The translations under genes and the position numbers were made by a program. A stretch of 32,000 nt of DNA from Candidatus Cloacimonadota bacterium (GTDB taxonomy: Bacteria > Cloacimonadota > Cloacimonadia > G963667145), in contig OY781061.1 in the NCBI GenBank assembly GCA_963676515.1, positions 1-32,000 of the forward strand. The letters are read 5' to 3'. Positions 12,141 through 23,500 of the stretch are shown piece by piece. Position 1 is the stretch's first letter. Every line of letters begins with the position of its first letter. The notes under the pieces are model-generated. The model worked only from the letters and a program-made list of their open reading frames with translations, was not told the DNA's origin and made no database searches.

Positions 12141-12992
12141 ATGGATGTTTTGATCAAAGGAACTGGTGAAGGACTGAACTTTTTGGCAGTGGACTCTACT
12201 GAGGTGGTGAGGACTGCACAAAAAAAGCATAACCTCTCTATTACTGCCAGTGTGGCTTTGGGTAGGCTACTCACAGCAGGTTTGCTTTTGGGCTCGCAGA
12301 TGAAAAACGCTCGCAACAAGCTGACTCTGCGGGTTAATGGTGATGGATTGCTAGGCAATATTACCGTAGTGGCAACGCAAGACGGCAAAGTGAAAGGCAC
12401 GATTTCCAACGCTCAGCAAGAGGTGATGAAAGCCACAGGCAAAGGGTTTGACATTCCTAAGGCTATTGGCAAGGGGCTACTAACTCTGGTGCGAGACGAA
12501 GGGCTGAAAGCTCCTTATCAAGGGCAAGTGGAGTTGCAGACCTCGGAGATAGCTCAGGATATTGCACATCTTTTGCAGCAGTCGGAGCAAATAGCATCGG
12601 TGGTGGTGTTGGGTGTGCTGATAAACGAAAAAGCGGAGATATTGCAAGCGGGTGGGTTTATCGTACAGCTAGTACCTGGTGCTACTGAGTTTGTGATAGC
12701 ACAGTTAGAAGAAAAAATGCGAAAATTCCCCAATCTTACAGATTTGATGGATATGGGCTACTCTATCGGCGAAATAGTGGAGAAATTTGTGGTGGACGCT
12801 CCCCAGATTTTGGCAGAAAACCCCGTCGCTTACGAGTGCGACTGCAATCAAGAAAGATTTAAAAGTGGGATAAAACTTTTGCAAAAAAAAGAGATTGAAG
12901 AAATATTGGAAGAAAAAGGTAAAATAAAAGCGACCTGTAGTTTTTGTGGTAAAGTCTATGAGTTTGGCAAAGAAGATTTGGGAATGCTGTAG
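12141..12992 (+). CDS. hslO: Redox-regulated chaperone Hsp33
   Basis: Hsp33 fold; C-terminal CDC...CSFCGKVYEF (CxC/CxxC zinc-redox site). Confidence 0.94.
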   Translation: MDVLIKGTGEGLNFLAVDSTEVVRTAQKKHNLSITASVALGRLLTAGLLLGSQMKNARNKLTLRVNGDGLLGNITVVATQDGKVKGTISNAQQEVMKATGKGFDIPKAIGKGLLTLVRDEGLKAPYQGQVELQTSEIAQDIAHLLQQSEQIASVVVLGVLINEKAEILQAGGFIVQLVPGATEFVIAQLEEKMRKFPNLTDLMDMGYSIGEIVEKFVVDAPQILAENPVAYECDCNQERFKSGIKLLQKKEIEEILEEKGKIKATCSFCGKVYEFGKEDLGML

Positions 12993-13060
12993 AAAAAAAC
13001 CTTGACTTTAATTTCAAAAATATCTTTGGATGTAATAAATTGAATTTATAGGAGATAAAG

Positions 13061-14077
13061 ATGAGTAAGAGCATCGACTGGAATAACCTTGGATTTGAGT
13101 ATAGGAAAGCTAACGAAATGTTTGTGTGTCGCTGGAAAGATGGCAAATGGGGCGAAGGGAAAATGATGGCAGAGGATAGCTTGAGCGTGCATGTGTCGGC
13201 TACTGCTTTGCATTATGGACAAACCTGCTTCGAGGGACTGAAAGCTTATCGCACAAAAGAAGACGAGGTTGTGCTTTTTCGTCCTGAAGAAAATGCAAAG
13301 CGGATGATAAAAAGTTGTCAGCGAACTATGATGCAAGAGTTTCCTATAGAGCGGTTTGTGCAAGCGTGCAAAGCCGTGGTAAAAGCAAACGCTGAGTTTG
13401 TGCCGCCTTATGGTAGTGGAGCTACTTTATACATTCGTCCTTTTATGTTCGGTGATGGAGCCAACATCGGCGTCAAGCCTGCACCAGAGTTCGTCTTTTG
13501 CGTATTTTGTATGCCTGTAGGTGCTTATTTCAAAGGTGGGCTCACTCCAGTTAATTTCGACATCTCCGACTACGACCGAGCTGCTCCGATGGGGACTGGA
13601 GCGGTGAAAGTTGGCGGGAACTATGTAGCGAGTATGTTGCCTCATCAAAAAAGCGTAGCAGCAGGTTTTGCAGATTGCATCTATCTAGATCCCGCTACGC
13701 ACACCAAGATAGAGGAGGTGGGAGCTGCCAATTTCTTTGGTATCACTCACGACAATAAGTTTGTTACGCCCAAGTCGCCATCTATATTGCCTAGTATTAC
13801 CAAAAACTCTTTGATTTACCTTGCCAAAAATCATCTCGGGATGGAAGTAGAAGAAAGAGATGTGTTGATAGACAATCTGTCCGAGTTCAAAGAAGCGGGA
13901 GCTTGTGGTACGGCTGCAGTTATTACACCTATAGCGGGGATTAGTTACAAAAATAAGCTACACACTTTTTATTCTCAAGACGAGGTTGGACCAGTTACTA
14001 CTAAGCTTTATAATGCCCTCACGGGGATACAGTTTGGAGAGATTCCAGCTCCAGATGGTTGGATTGTTAAAGTTTAA
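13061..14077 (+). CDS. ilvE: Branched-chain amino acid aminotransferase
   Basis: ALHYGQTCFEGLKAYRTKEDEVVLFRPEENAKRM...LYIRPFMFG...KVGGNYVASM...YLDPATHTKIEEVGAANFFGI (PLP class IV). Confidence 0.95.
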   Translation: MSKSIDWNNLGFEYRKANEMFVCRWKDGKWGEGKMMAEDSLSVHVSATALHYGQTCFEGLKAYRTKEDEVVLFRPEENAKRMIKSCQRTMMQEFPIERFVQACKAVVKANAEFVPPYGSGATLYIRPFMFGDGANIGVKPAPEFVFCVFCMPVGAYFKGGLTPVNFDISDYDRAAPMGTGAVKVGGNYVASMLPHQKSVAAGFADCIYLDPATHTKIEEVGAANFFGITHDNKFVTPKSPSILPSITKNSLIYLAKNHLGMEVEERDVLIDNLSEFKEAGACGTAAVITPIAGISYKNKLHTFYSQDEVGPVTTKLYNALTGIQFGEIPAPDGWIVKV

Positions 14078-14127
14078 AAGAATTTAACGCATAATCAGAT
14101 ATTAATTATAAAAAAAGTGGAGGCAAG

Positions 14128-14646
14128 ATGAAAAATATTTTAATGTTAGTGGCATCGTTAACCTTTTTGTGGGGATGTGCCGCAAAAAAACCGGTGGTTA
14201 TTCAAGAAACCGCAAAAGAGGAAGTGGTAGTGGAGGTAGCTCAAAATGTTGAAGAGCAGACGGTGATGCTGGAAGATATAGCCCCTATGCTTGCTCAAGA
14301 GGAAAAAGTTGTCGAAGAGGTGGTAATAAGGGATGCAGAGTTCTACACTGTAAATCCTGGTGATAACCTTTATAAACTTTGCGTGCAAAAAAATATGTAT
14401 ATCTGGCAGTTGGCTGAACTCAATGGCATCAAAGATCCGAGCGTAATTTCTATCGGTCAAGAGTTGAAATTGCCTGTAGAAAAAAAGAAAGTTGTTAGCC
14501 AAGGTGATTTTTACAAAGTTGATATCGGTGACAATCTTTCGGGGATAGCCAATGAAGTGGATAAAAGTCAAGATGAGCTGTTAAACTTAAATGACTTACC
14601 TAATAAAAATCTAATTAGAGCTGGTTCGCTATTACGAGTAAATTAA
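14128..14646 (+). CDS. Putative lipoprotein with two LysM domains
   Basis: MKNILMLVASLTFLWGCAAKK lipobox; FYTVNPGDNLYKLCVQKNMYIWQLAELNGIKDPSVISIGQELKLP and FYKVDIGDNLSGIANEVDKSQDELLNLNDLPNKNLIRAGSLLRV. Confidence 0.88.
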   Translation: MKNILMLVASLTFLWGCAAKKPVVIQETAKEEVVVEVAQNVEEQTVMLEDIAPMLAQEEKVVEEVVIRDAEFYTVNPGDNLYKLCVQKNMYIWQLAELNGIKDPSVISIGQELKLPVEKKKVVSQGDFYKVDIGDNLSGIANEVDKSQDELLNLNDLPNKNLIRAGSLLRVN

Positions 14647-14663
14647 CAATTTTAATAAATTTG

Positions 14664-14690
14664 AAAAAGCCGCAAAACGCGGCTTTTTTT
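14664..14690 (+). terminator. Intrinsic terminator
   Basis: AAAAAGCCGC-AAAAC-GCGGCTTTTT plus T run, just after the LysM CDS. Confidence 0.9.
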
Positions 14691-14728
14691 CTTGAGCTTA
14701 TCTTAACTAAAAAGTGCGTAAAAAAAGT

Positions 14729-14757
14729 TTGACACAAAACCGAAAGAAAAAATATTG
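14729..14757 (+). promoter_or_regulatory. Putative tRNA promoter TTGACA...AAATATTG
   Basis: TTG at 14729 + N18 + AAATATTG (14750-14757); tRNA-Glu starts at 14779. Confidence 0.5.
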
Positions 14758-14778
14758 TGCTTAAAATCAAAAGATTTT

Positions 14779-14853
14779 GTCCCGTTCGTCTAGTGGCTAG
14801 GACTCCAGATTCTCATTCTGGCAACAGGAGTTCAATTCTCCTACGGGATACCA
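14779..14853 (+). tRNA. tRNA-Glu (anticodon CTC), CCA encoded
   Basis: GTCCCGT...ACGGGAT acceptor (one G-U), anticodon arm CCAGA-TTCTCAT-TCTGG, T arm AGGAG-TTCAATT-CTCCT, terminal ACCA. Confidence 0.95.
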
Positions 14854-14863
14854 TTTATATCGT

Positions 14864-14939
14864 GCTTCTGTAGCTCAGTTGGTAGAGCAACTGACTCTTA
14901 ATCAGTGGGTCTAGGGTTCGAATCCCTACGGGAGCACCA
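14864..14939 (+). tRNA. tRNA-Lys (anticodon CTT), CCA encoded
   Basis: D arm GCTCAGTTGGTAGAGC, anticodon arm ACTGA-CTCTTAA-TCAGT, T arm with GTTCGAATC, terminal ACCA. Confidence 0.96.
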
Positions 14940-14957
14940 TTTTTTTTCTAAAAGAGG

Positions 14958-15001
14958 ATCTATACTTTCCCTGTTAAAGGAGCGAAGATAGATTTTTTTT
15001 T
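14958..15001 (+). terminator. Probable intrinsic terminator after the tRNA pair
   Basis: ATCTAT...ATAGAT stem with partial internal pairing (CTTTCC / GGAGCGAAG), followed by a T run. Confidence 0.6.
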
Positions 15002-15051
15002 ATTGTCTAAAAAAGAAAAAAATATTTGACATCATCATCCGAATAAAAAAA

Positions 15052-15078
15052 CTAGCACTATAATAATTAGATTGCTAA
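15052..15078 (+). promoter_or_regulatory. Degenerate CIRCE (HrcA-binding) element upstream of groEL
   Basis: CTAGCACTA-taataatta-GATTGCTAA versus consensus TTAGCACTC-N9-GAGTGCTAA (15/18 with exact 9-bp spacer). Confidence 0.8.
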
Positions 15079-15091
15079 AAACAAATTTTAG

Positions 15092-16750
<1,659 letters not shown>

Positions 16751-16769
16751 TATTTACAAGATTAGTTGT

Positions 16770-16805
16770 AACGCTGGAAACTTTTAGTTTCCAGCGTTTT
16801 TTTTT
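16770..16805 (+). terminator. Intrinsic terminator after groEL
   Basis: AACGCTGGAAAC-TTTTA-GTTTCCAGCGTT followed by T run. Confidence 0.95.
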
Positions 16806-16887
16806 GCGGAAACAAAAAAGAAAAAAAGACTTGTTCTTGGTCTGATAAATTAAATCTTAGTTTTCAAAATGTAAGCGGAGTATTAAA

Positions 16888-17793
16888 GTGAAAATTGTTG
16901 TTTTGTATCAAGGTAGATCGTCGGAGCGAGAGGTTTCTTGCAAGAGTGGCAAAGCTATTGCAAAAGCGTTAGAAAATCTTCAGCATGCTGTCCTTCTTTT
17001 AGATCCAGCGGAGTTTTCTTATTTTGAGTTGCTCAAAAAAATCAAAGAGTTTGAAGCAGAGTTGGTTTTTTTGGGATTACACGGAGGTGAGGGCGAGGAT
17101 GGGAAACTTCAGGCACTTTTAGAACTGGAGAAAATAGCTTTCACGGGCTCAAATTTTAAAGCAAGTGCGTTTGCTATGGACAAATACTCTTGCGAGAAAT
17201 TGCTTAGTGCGTACGGCATTCCCATCGCAAAAGGGAAGTTGCTTCTTTCTACTTCCAGTAGCTCTGAGGTAGATTTTTTTCCTGTGGTGGTCAAGCCCAA
17301 CGATGCTGGCTCGTCTGTGGGTATCTCGATGGTAAAGAATTCAGAAAACCTTTTGCCTGCTTTGCAAGAAGCTTTTGCTTGTAGCTCAGCTGTAATTTGT
17401 CAAGAATTTATACCTGGCAGAGAGCTTACCGTGCCTATTTTGGGGGATGCACCTCTACCAGTAATTGAAATTAAGCCCAAAAATGGATTTTTTAATTATG
17501 AGAATAAATACACGAAAGGGAATACAGAGTACATAGTCCCAGCAAAATTGAGCGAAGAGCAGGCGGAAGAGGTGCAACGGCTAGCTATTTTGGCACACCA
17601 AGCCGTAGGAGCCGATGTTTATTCTAGAGTTGATTTTCGTTATGATGGCAAAAAATTTTATTTCTTGGAAATCAACACCTTGCCGGGAATGACAGCAACA
17701 TCTCTTGTGCCGATGTCTGCCGAAGCTGCAGGGATGAGTTTTGAACAGTTGGTAGAGAAGATAGCAAAGCTTAGTTTACAAAAGCAAAAATAA
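16888..17793 (+). CDS. ddl: D-alanine--D-alanine ligase
   Basis: GRSSEREVSCKSGKAI, FLGLHGGEGEDGKLQALLELEKIAFTGS, VKPNDAGSSVGIS, FLEINTLPGMTATSLVP; GTG start. Confidence 0.95.
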   Translation: MKIVVLYQGRSSEREVSCKSGKAIAKALENLQHAVLLLDPAEFSYFELLKKIKEFEAELVFLGLHGGEGEDGKLQALLELEKIAFTGSNFKASAFAMDKYSCEKLLSAYGIPIAKGKLLLSTSSSSEVDFFPVVVKPNDAGSSVGISMVKNSENLLPALQEAFACSSAVICQEFIPGRELTVPILGDAPLPVIEIKPKNGFFNYENKYTKGNTEYIVPAKLSEEQAEEVQRLAILAHQAVGADVYSRVDFRYDGKKFYFLEINTLPGMTATSLVPMSAEAAGMSFEQLVEKIAKLSLQKQK

Positions 17794-17804
17794 ACGAGGA
17801 TAAA

Positions 17805-18482
17805 ATGATAGGGACTCTGGTCAACACTGCAACAGTAATAGTGGGAAGTATCTTAGGAATTCTGCTGAAGTCGAAACTTCCCAAAAAAACTACAGATATA
17901 GTTTTCCAAGTGATGGGCATTTTTACTATTTACTTGGGATTGAGGATGGCTCTGGACGGTGTGAATATTTTATTGATGATTCTTTCTCTTGTTATTGGGG
18001 CAGTAATAGGGCAGGTTATAGGGATACAAGCACTTTTGGAGAGAGTTGCTGCTTATTTGCAAACAAAAGTGGGAGGAGAAGGAAGCCATTTTGTACAAGG
18101 GTTTATCACCGCGACTTTGCTTTTTTGTACAGGCTCTATGGTGATTTTGGGAGCAATAGAGGAAGGCAGTGGCAGGACTCCCACGCTTTACTTCACCAAA
18201 GCTATCATGGACGGCACTACATCCATCGTGCTAGCGGCATCTTTTGGTAGAGGCGTGTTGTTTTCATCTTTCGTGATATTTTTCATACAGGGGTTACTCA
18301 CAGGTGCTGTTTTTTATTTTGGTGATTTTTTGCCCGAAATTGTGATAACTCAAGTAGGAGCTGTGGGTGGAGTTATTCTTCTCGGTTTGGGCTTGACTAT
18401 CTTAGAAATCAAGAAACTAGCTATCGCTAATATGTTGCCAGCTTTGGTGGTAGCAGGTGTTTTGAGTTACTATTTTCTTTAA
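17805..18482 (+). CDS. DUF554 family membrane protein (YdfK/YqgA-like)
   Basis: MIGTLVNTATVIVGSILGILL...GVILLGLGLTILEIKKLAIANMLPALVVAGVLSY. Confidence 0.85.
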   Translation: MIGTLVNTATVIVGSILGILLKSKLPKKTTDIVFQVMGIFTIYLGLRMALDGVNILLMILSLVIGAVIGQVIGIQALLERVAAYLQTKVGGEGSHFVQGFITATLLFCTGSMVILGAIEEGSGRTPTLYFTKAIMDGTTSIVLAASFGRGVLFSSFVIFFIQGLLTGAVFYFGDFLPEIVITQVGAVGGVILLGLGLTILEIKKLAIANMLPALVVAGVLSYYFL

Positions 18483-18660
18483 GGAAAAATTTGGAATTCT
18501 AAACTTATGCCTGTTGGGTCAATTTTGCTTCTTTTGTTACAGGTTTCTCCTATCAAGCTATATAAAATACAAAAAGAGAATTTTAAGTAAAAATAAGAGG
18601 GAAATCGTTTGACAATATTTTTGAAGCTAAAATTTTATGAAAAAAAATATAGGAGTTGTG

Positions 18661-18876
18661 ATGTTCGTTGACGGTCTAAATATTATGGTTTTGGGAATGG
18701 GGATTGTTTTTGTTTTTTTGATAGTGATTTATTTATCTATGACACTTAGTTCTACTTTGATTCAAAAATTTCATCTAAAATACAATCCAGAACCTTTACA
18801 TGTAATAAAGGTGAATACTGGCGAAAAGGATTTGGTAGCTGTTATTAGTGCTGCCGTAGCTTATAGTAAAAATTAA
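18661..18876 (+). CDS. oadG: Oxaloacetate decarboxylase gamma chain (Na+ pump decarboxylase small subunit); track start is 18637
   Basis: MFVDGLNIMVLGMGIVFVFLIVIYLSM TM helix, directly upstream of oadA/oadB. ATG 18661 has a better SD (AGGAG) than ATG 18637, which overlaps the predicted promoter box. Confidence 0.8.
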   Translation: MFVDGLNIMVLGMGIVFVFLIVIYLSMTLSSTLIQKFHLKYNPEPLHVIKVNTGEKDLVAVISAAVAYSKN

Positions 18877-18896
18877 AAGGAAGAGGTAATAGTTTA

Positions 18897-20711
18897 ATGT
18901 CATTGAAAAAAATTAAATTTATGGATACATCTTTTAGAGATGGATTTCAATCTGTATATGGTGCGAGAGTTAAAACAGAAGATTTTTTGCCAGCTATCAA
19001 AGCTTCGGTAGATGCAGGCATAGAGCATTTTGAGTTTGGTGGTGGAGCGAGATTTCAAAGTCTGTTTTTCTATTGCAACGAGAGTGCTTTTGATATGATG
19101 GATAAGGTGCGAAAGACTGTAGGTCCAGATATTAAATTGCAAACTTTGGCAAGAGGCATAAATGTGGTAGGACTTTCTCAGCAACCCAAAGATGTCATCA
19201 AGATGCATGCGAAGCTTTTCAAAAAGCATGGAACTACGCATATTAGGAACTTTGATGCCCTGAACGATACAGAAAATCTCAACTACTCTGGAAACTGCAT
19301 CTCTAAAGAAGGTTTGCACCATCAAATATCTATCACGATGATGGGCTTGGCTCCAGGTCTTATCGACTCAGGAGTACATACAGCAGAATTTTATATGGAA
19401 AAACTGGACGAAATTTTAGAGGAAAAAATCCCTTTCGATTCATTAGTGTTTAAAGATGCTTCTGGAACTTGCCCTCCTAAAATCGTCTTCGACACTGTAC
19501 AAAAAGCTCGCAAAAAGCTGGGTAATAAAGCGACTTTGTGGTTTCACACCCACGCCACGGCTGGTATCGGCACGAACTGCATAATGGCAGCGATAGAGGC
19601 AGGCATAGACGGTATAGATTTGGCTCAATCTCCTGTTTCTGGTGGTACTGGTCAGCCCGACATCTTGTCTATTTGGCATATCCTCAAAGGCACAGATTAC
19701 ACTTTGGATGTTGATTACAAAAAACTTCTCCAGTCTCGTAAAGTTTTTGAAGATTGTATGGAAAAATACATGATGCCTTTGGAAGCTAAACAGACTGCGG
19801 CAAACATAGTCTTGTCACCAATGCCCGGTGGAGCACTCACAGCCAATACGATGATGATGCGTGACACCAAGACTTTGCACCTTTTCCCGAAAGTGATCGA
19901 TGAGATGGCAGAGGTAGTAGCAAAAGGTGGCTTTGGCACTAGCGTTACTCCTGTTAGCCAATTCTACTTCCAACAATCTTTCGTGAATGTTACTCAAGGT
20001 AGATGGAAGAAAATCACAGATGGTTATGGCAATATGGTGCTTGGCTACTTTGGTAAGACCCCTAGACCAGCTGATCCAGAGATTGTCGCTTTGGCAGAGA
20101 AACAACTCAAGAAACCGCCTTTTAAAGGGAACTCTCCTTTGGACATATTGAGTGATGGCGTACCAGAAGCAAAGAAGATGTTAAAAGACAATAGTCTCAA
20201 AGAGACAGAAGAGAACATTTTTATCGCTGCTACTTGCAAAGAAAAAGGAATTTCTTTCTTGAAGGGTGAAGCAAAAGAGGCGATTTATTACAAAAGCGAA
20301 ATAACAAAAAGCGAGAATAAAATCGCACCAGCAAAGGGAGCAAAGATGTCTGAGAACATGATAGTTACCGTAAACGGGAAAGAGTATAATGTAAATGTAA
20401 GACCAGATGGAACTGTAGCTGATGTAAAACCTGCTCCTCCAAAACCAGCGGTAAAAGTTTCTGCTAAACCAACTCCTGCTGCATCTACTGGTGGATCTGG
20501 AAGTAAAGTTTCTTCGCCTATAGCTGGACAAATCACCTCTATTAATGCTTCTGTGGGTGATGAAGTTTCCGAAGACACCGTCGTATTGGTGCTAGAAGCG
20601 ATGAAAATGGAGAACGACATTTTTGCCGAAACAGCTGGTACGATCAAAGAAATTTTGGTTAAACAAGGAGACACCGTAGCCGAAGGCGATCCTCTTTTTG
20701 TTATCGCATAA
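18897..20711 (+). CDS. oadA: Oxaloacetate decarboxylase alpha subunit / pyruvate carboxylase subunit B-like, biotinylated
   Basis: MDTSFRDGFQSVYGARVKTEDFLP, FHTHATAGIGTNCIMAAIEAGIDGIDLAQSPVSGGTGQPD, C-term VLVLEAMKMENDIFAETAGTIKEILVKQGD. Confidence 0.93.
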   Translation: MSLKKIKFMDTSFRDGFQSVYGARVKTEDFLPAIKASVDAGIEHFEFGGGARFQSLFFYCNESAFDMMDKVRKTVGPDIKLQTLARGINVVGLSQQPKDVIKMHAKLFKKHGTTHIRNFDALNDTENLNYSGNCISKEGLHHQISITMMGLAPGLIDSGVHTAEFYMEKLDEILEEKIPFDSLVFKDASGTCPPKIVFDTVQKARKKLGNKATLWFHTHATAGIGTNCIMAAIEAGIDGIDLAQSPVSGGTGQPDILSIWHILKGTDYTLDVDYKKLLQSRKVFEDCMEKYMMPLEAKQTAANIVLSPMPGGALTANTMMMRDTKTLHLFPKVIDEMAEVVAKGGFGTSVTPVSQFYFQQSFVNVTQGRWKKITDGYGNMVLGYFGKTPRPADPEIVALAEKQLKKPPFKGNSPLDILSDGVPEAKKMLKDNSLKETEENIFIAATCKEKGISFLKGEAKEAIYYKSEITKSENKIAPAKGAKMSENMIVTVNGKEYNVNVRPDGTVADVKPAPPKPAVKVSAKPTPAASTGGSGSKVSSPIAGQITSINASVGDEVSEDTVVLVLEAMKMENDIFAETAGTIKEILVKQGDTVAEGDPLFVIA

Positions 20712-20735
20712 TCTGGCTTTGATAAGGTTTTATTT

Positions 20736-21968
20736 ATGAATTATAAAAAAATTACAGTCGCTTTATTTTTGACCTTGGTTTGCTCTTCATTACTAGTAGC
20801 TCAAGAGGTTTCGATAGGCAAAGGCTTCGTGGAACTTTACGAAGGATCAGGGCTAAGAGGCTTTATGAATGTGGGCGGATGGAAAAATCTTGTGATGATT
20901 GGCATCGGCTTTTTGTTGCTTTATTTGGGAATTGAAAAAGAGTTCGAGCCTCTTATTTTGGTGCCTATGGCTTTTGGAGCTATCTTGTCCAACATTCCTT
21001 TCGCAGGCTTTATGGAAGCTCAGGGTATCTTGCGATATATTTATGACATCGGCGTCAAAACTGGTGTTTTCCCACTTTTGATATTTATGGGAATAGGTGC
21101 TATGACAGATTTTGGTCCGCTGATAGCCAATCCCAAGACTTTGCTTCTGGGAGCTGCTGCTCAGTTCGGAATTTTCTTTGCCTTGCTAGGAGCTTTGCTT
21201 TTACCTGCTATCCCTGCTATTGGATTTAATGGCTTCGATTTGGCTTCTGCTGGCTCTATCGGGATTATTGGAGGAGCGGATGGTCCTACTTCTATCTTCG
21301 TAGCCTCCAGACTCAAGCCCGATTTACTAGGTCCGATAGCGGTAGCCGCATACTCCTATATGGCTTTAGTTCCTATTATTCAACCGCCTATCATGAGATT
21401 TTTCACCTCTAAAGAGGAAAGAATGATTAAGATGGAGACTTTACGCCCAGTTAAAAAGCTAGAAAAAGTACTCTTTCCCTTGATTTTGCTGGCTCTCTGT
21501 GGCTTATTTTTACCATCGGCGACACCTCTTATCGGAATGATAGCTTTTGGTAATCTGCTCAAAGAGTGCGGAGTAGTCGATCGCCTAAGCAAAGCTGCCC
21601 AAAACGAACTAATGAACATTGTAACTATCTTTTTAGGTCTTGGAGTAGGTAGCAAATTAGCTGCCGAAAATTTCCTCAATTTCAACACTATCGGAATCTT
21701 AATCTTAGGTCTTTTAGCTTTTATGGTGGGAACCACTGCAGGCATTTTGTTTGGCAAGATTATGTGTAAACTCACTGGAGGCAAGGTCAACCCGCTCATC
21801 GGTGCTGCCGGTGTGTCTGCTGTACCGATGGCTGCTAGAGTGGTAAACAAGGTTGGGCAAATGGAGAATCGCTCCAACTTCTTGTTAATGCACGCTATGG
21901 GTCCGAATGTTGCTGGAGTTATAGGCTCTGCTGTAGCTGCCGGTGTTTTACTGGCTTTGATTGGTTAG
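20736..21968 (+). CDS. oadB: Sodium ion-translocating decarboxylase beta subunit
   Basis: Multi-TM; [57 protein letters not shown]. Confidence 0.94.
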   Translation: MNYKKITVALFLTLVCSSLLVAQEVSIGKGFVELYEGSGLRGFMNVGGWKNLVMIGIGFLLLYLGIEKEFEPLILVPMAFGAILSNIPFAGFMEAQGILRYIYDIGVKTGVFPLLIFMGIGAMTDFGPLIANPKTLLLGAAAQFGIFFALLGALLLPAIPAIGFNGFDLASAGSIGIIGGADGPTSIFVASRLKPDLLGPIAVAAYSYMALVPIIQPPIMRFFTSKEERMIKMETLRPVKKLEKVLFPLILLALCGLFLPSATPLIGMIAFGNLLKECGVVDRLSKAAQNELMNIVTIFLGLGVGSKLAAENFLNFNTIGILILGLLAFMVGTTAGILFGKIMCKLTGGKVNPLIGAAGVSAVPMAARVVNKVGQMENRSNFLLMHAMGPNVAGVIGSAVAAGVLLALIG

Positions 21969-21988
21969 CAATTAAATCTTTAAATTTG

Positions 21989-22019
21989 ACCGACAAGTTA
22001 ATAGCTTGTCGGTTTTTTA
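21989..22019 (+). terminator. Intrinsic terminator after oadB
   Basis: ACCGACAAG-ttaatag-CTTGTCGGT followed by T run. Confidence 0.93.
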
Positions 22020-22039
22020 TTTTATTTCGCCTTTTATGT

Positions 22040-22068
22040 TTGACATCAACCAACCTTTTTTAACCTTG
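22040..22068 (+). promoter_or_regulatory. Putative promoter TTGACA...TAACCTTG
   Basis: TTG-N18-TAACCTTG upstream of the ptb-like CDS. Confidence 0.45.
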
Positions 22069-22102
22069 TCGGATAGATTTTAAATTGGAATGAGGTAAAT
22101 AA

Positions 22103-23011
22103 ATGAAAACGATTACAAGTTTGAGCATGGCTATGGAAGAAGCTGCCAAATGCACTACAAAAAAAAGATTAGTAGTAGCCTTTGGACAAGATTCACACTC
22201 AATAGAAGCGACGAGCAAAGCTATTGAAATGGGAATTGTGGAAGTTACTTTAGTAGGAGAGAGAAGCAAAATTTTGCAAGTCTGCAAAAGCGAAGGAATA
22301 AATCCCAACATCTACAATATCGTAGACGAACCAGAAGAGATTGCTGCGGGCAAAAAAGCTGTCGCTCTGATAAGAGAGGGTAAAGGCGATATTATCATGA
22401 AAGGACTAATATCATCCGACAACTATCTTCGTGCAATATTGAATAAAGAAAAAGGGCTTTTGCCTCCTAAATCGGTGTTGACACATATCGGCATTGCCGA
22501 GATTCCAGCTTATCACAAGTTGTTGATGTTTTCGGATGGTGCTGTGATACCTGCACCAACTTTCGAGCAAAAAGTGGCGATAGCCAACTATTTAGCTCAA
22601 TTTGCTAGAGCTTTAGGGATCAAGAAACCCAAGATTGCTCCAATTGCCGCTATCGAGAAGATGCAACACAAGATACCTTCTTGTGTAGAAGCTGCTATGC
22701 TTTCTAAGATGGCAGACCGTGGTCAAATCAAAGATTGCATTATCGATGGACCGATGGCGTTGGATGTGGCTATAGACAAAGAATCTGCAGACATAAAAGG
22801 TGTAAAATCGGAAGTGGCAGGAGACGCAGATTGCCTTTTATTTAACGCAATCGAAGCGGGGAATGTTTTTTACAAGACGGTTTGCAAGTTTGCTAAGGCT
22901 GAATTTGCGGCCGTAGTGATGGGTACGAGTGTTCCTTGTGTGCTAGCTTCCAGAGGTGATAGCACGCAAACTAAGCTCCATTCTATAGCTTTAGCAACTT
23001 TTTTGGGGTAG
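22103..23011 (+). CDS. ptb: Phosphate butyryltransferase / phosphotransacetylase family
   Basis: VVAFGQDSHSIEATSKAIEMGIVEVTLVG, GDIIMKGLISSDNYLRAILNKEKGLL, SHIG/THIGIAEIP, IIDGPMALDVAID, VKSEVAGDADCLLFNAIEAGNVFYK. Confidence 0.85.
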   Translation: MKTITSLSMAMEEAAKCTTKKRLVVAFGQDSHSIEATSKAIEMGIVEVTLVGERSKILQVCKSEGINPNIYNIVDEPEEIAAGKKAVALIREGKGDIIMKGLISSDNYLRAILNKEKGLLPPKSVLTHIGIAEIPAYHKLLMFSDGAVIPAPTFEQKVAIANYLAQFARALGIKKPKIAPIAAIEKMQHKIPSCVEAAMLSKMADRGQIKDCIIDGPMALDVAIDKESADIKGVKSEVAGDADCLLFNAIEAGNVFYKTVCKFAKAEFAAVVMGTSVPCVLASRGDSTQTKLHSIALATFLG

Positions 23012-23196
23012 AAATAATCCTAGTAAATTTCACCATATTTATTAAAATTTGCTTAGTTTAACTAAACTCCTTTTAGACAAAGCTTAATAAAAACCAGCGT
23101 TACAATAAAAAAATAGTAAACAACTTTTTTTGTTCTTGACAAAAATCAGAGGGATAAAAAGTTGAATTGAAAGAGATTAGATAAAGGATATAGAGA

Positions 23197-23484
23197 ATGA
23201 CAAAAGCAAACTTGGTTCAAAAGATTTCTAGAGACACAGGAATTATCAGAAAAGATGTTGCGATAGTAGTAGACGCTTTTTTAGAGTCAACTATTGAAAG
23301 TTTAAAAGAGGGGAATCACATCGAAATTAGAGGATTTGGTACTTTTAAAAACAAAGTAAGGAAAGCTGGTATTGGTAGAAATCCAAAAACTGGGGTAGAA
23401 GTTGATATTCCTGCTAGGGTTGTGCCAACTTTTAAATTTTCCAAATCTTTTAAAGATGATGTAATCAACAGTAATAAAGCTTAA
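23197..23484 (+). CDS. HU/IHF family DNA-binding protein
   Basis: MTKANLVQKISRDTGIIRKDVAIVVDAFLESTIESLKEGNHIEIRGFGTFKNKVRKAGIGRNPKTG. Confidence 0.94.
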   Translation: MTKANLVQKISRDTGIIRKDVAIVVDAFLESTIESLKEGNHIEIRGFGTFKNKVRKAGIGRNPKTGVEVDIPARVVPTFKFSKSFKDDVINSNKA

Positions 23485-23500
23485 GACAGGAGAGATATAA

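Noticed and set aside
15059-15064. TATAAT as -10 box for the groEL TTGACA at 15026
   Set aside because: 27-bp spacing is too long for a standard promoter and the hexamer lies inside the CIRCE dyad; a different -10 or promoter architecture is more likely.
18507-18590. 27-codon leader ORF MPVGSILLLLLQVSPIKLYKIQKENFK before oadG
   Set aside because: No RBS, upstream of the predicted promoter, no attenuator structure or recognisable codon bias.
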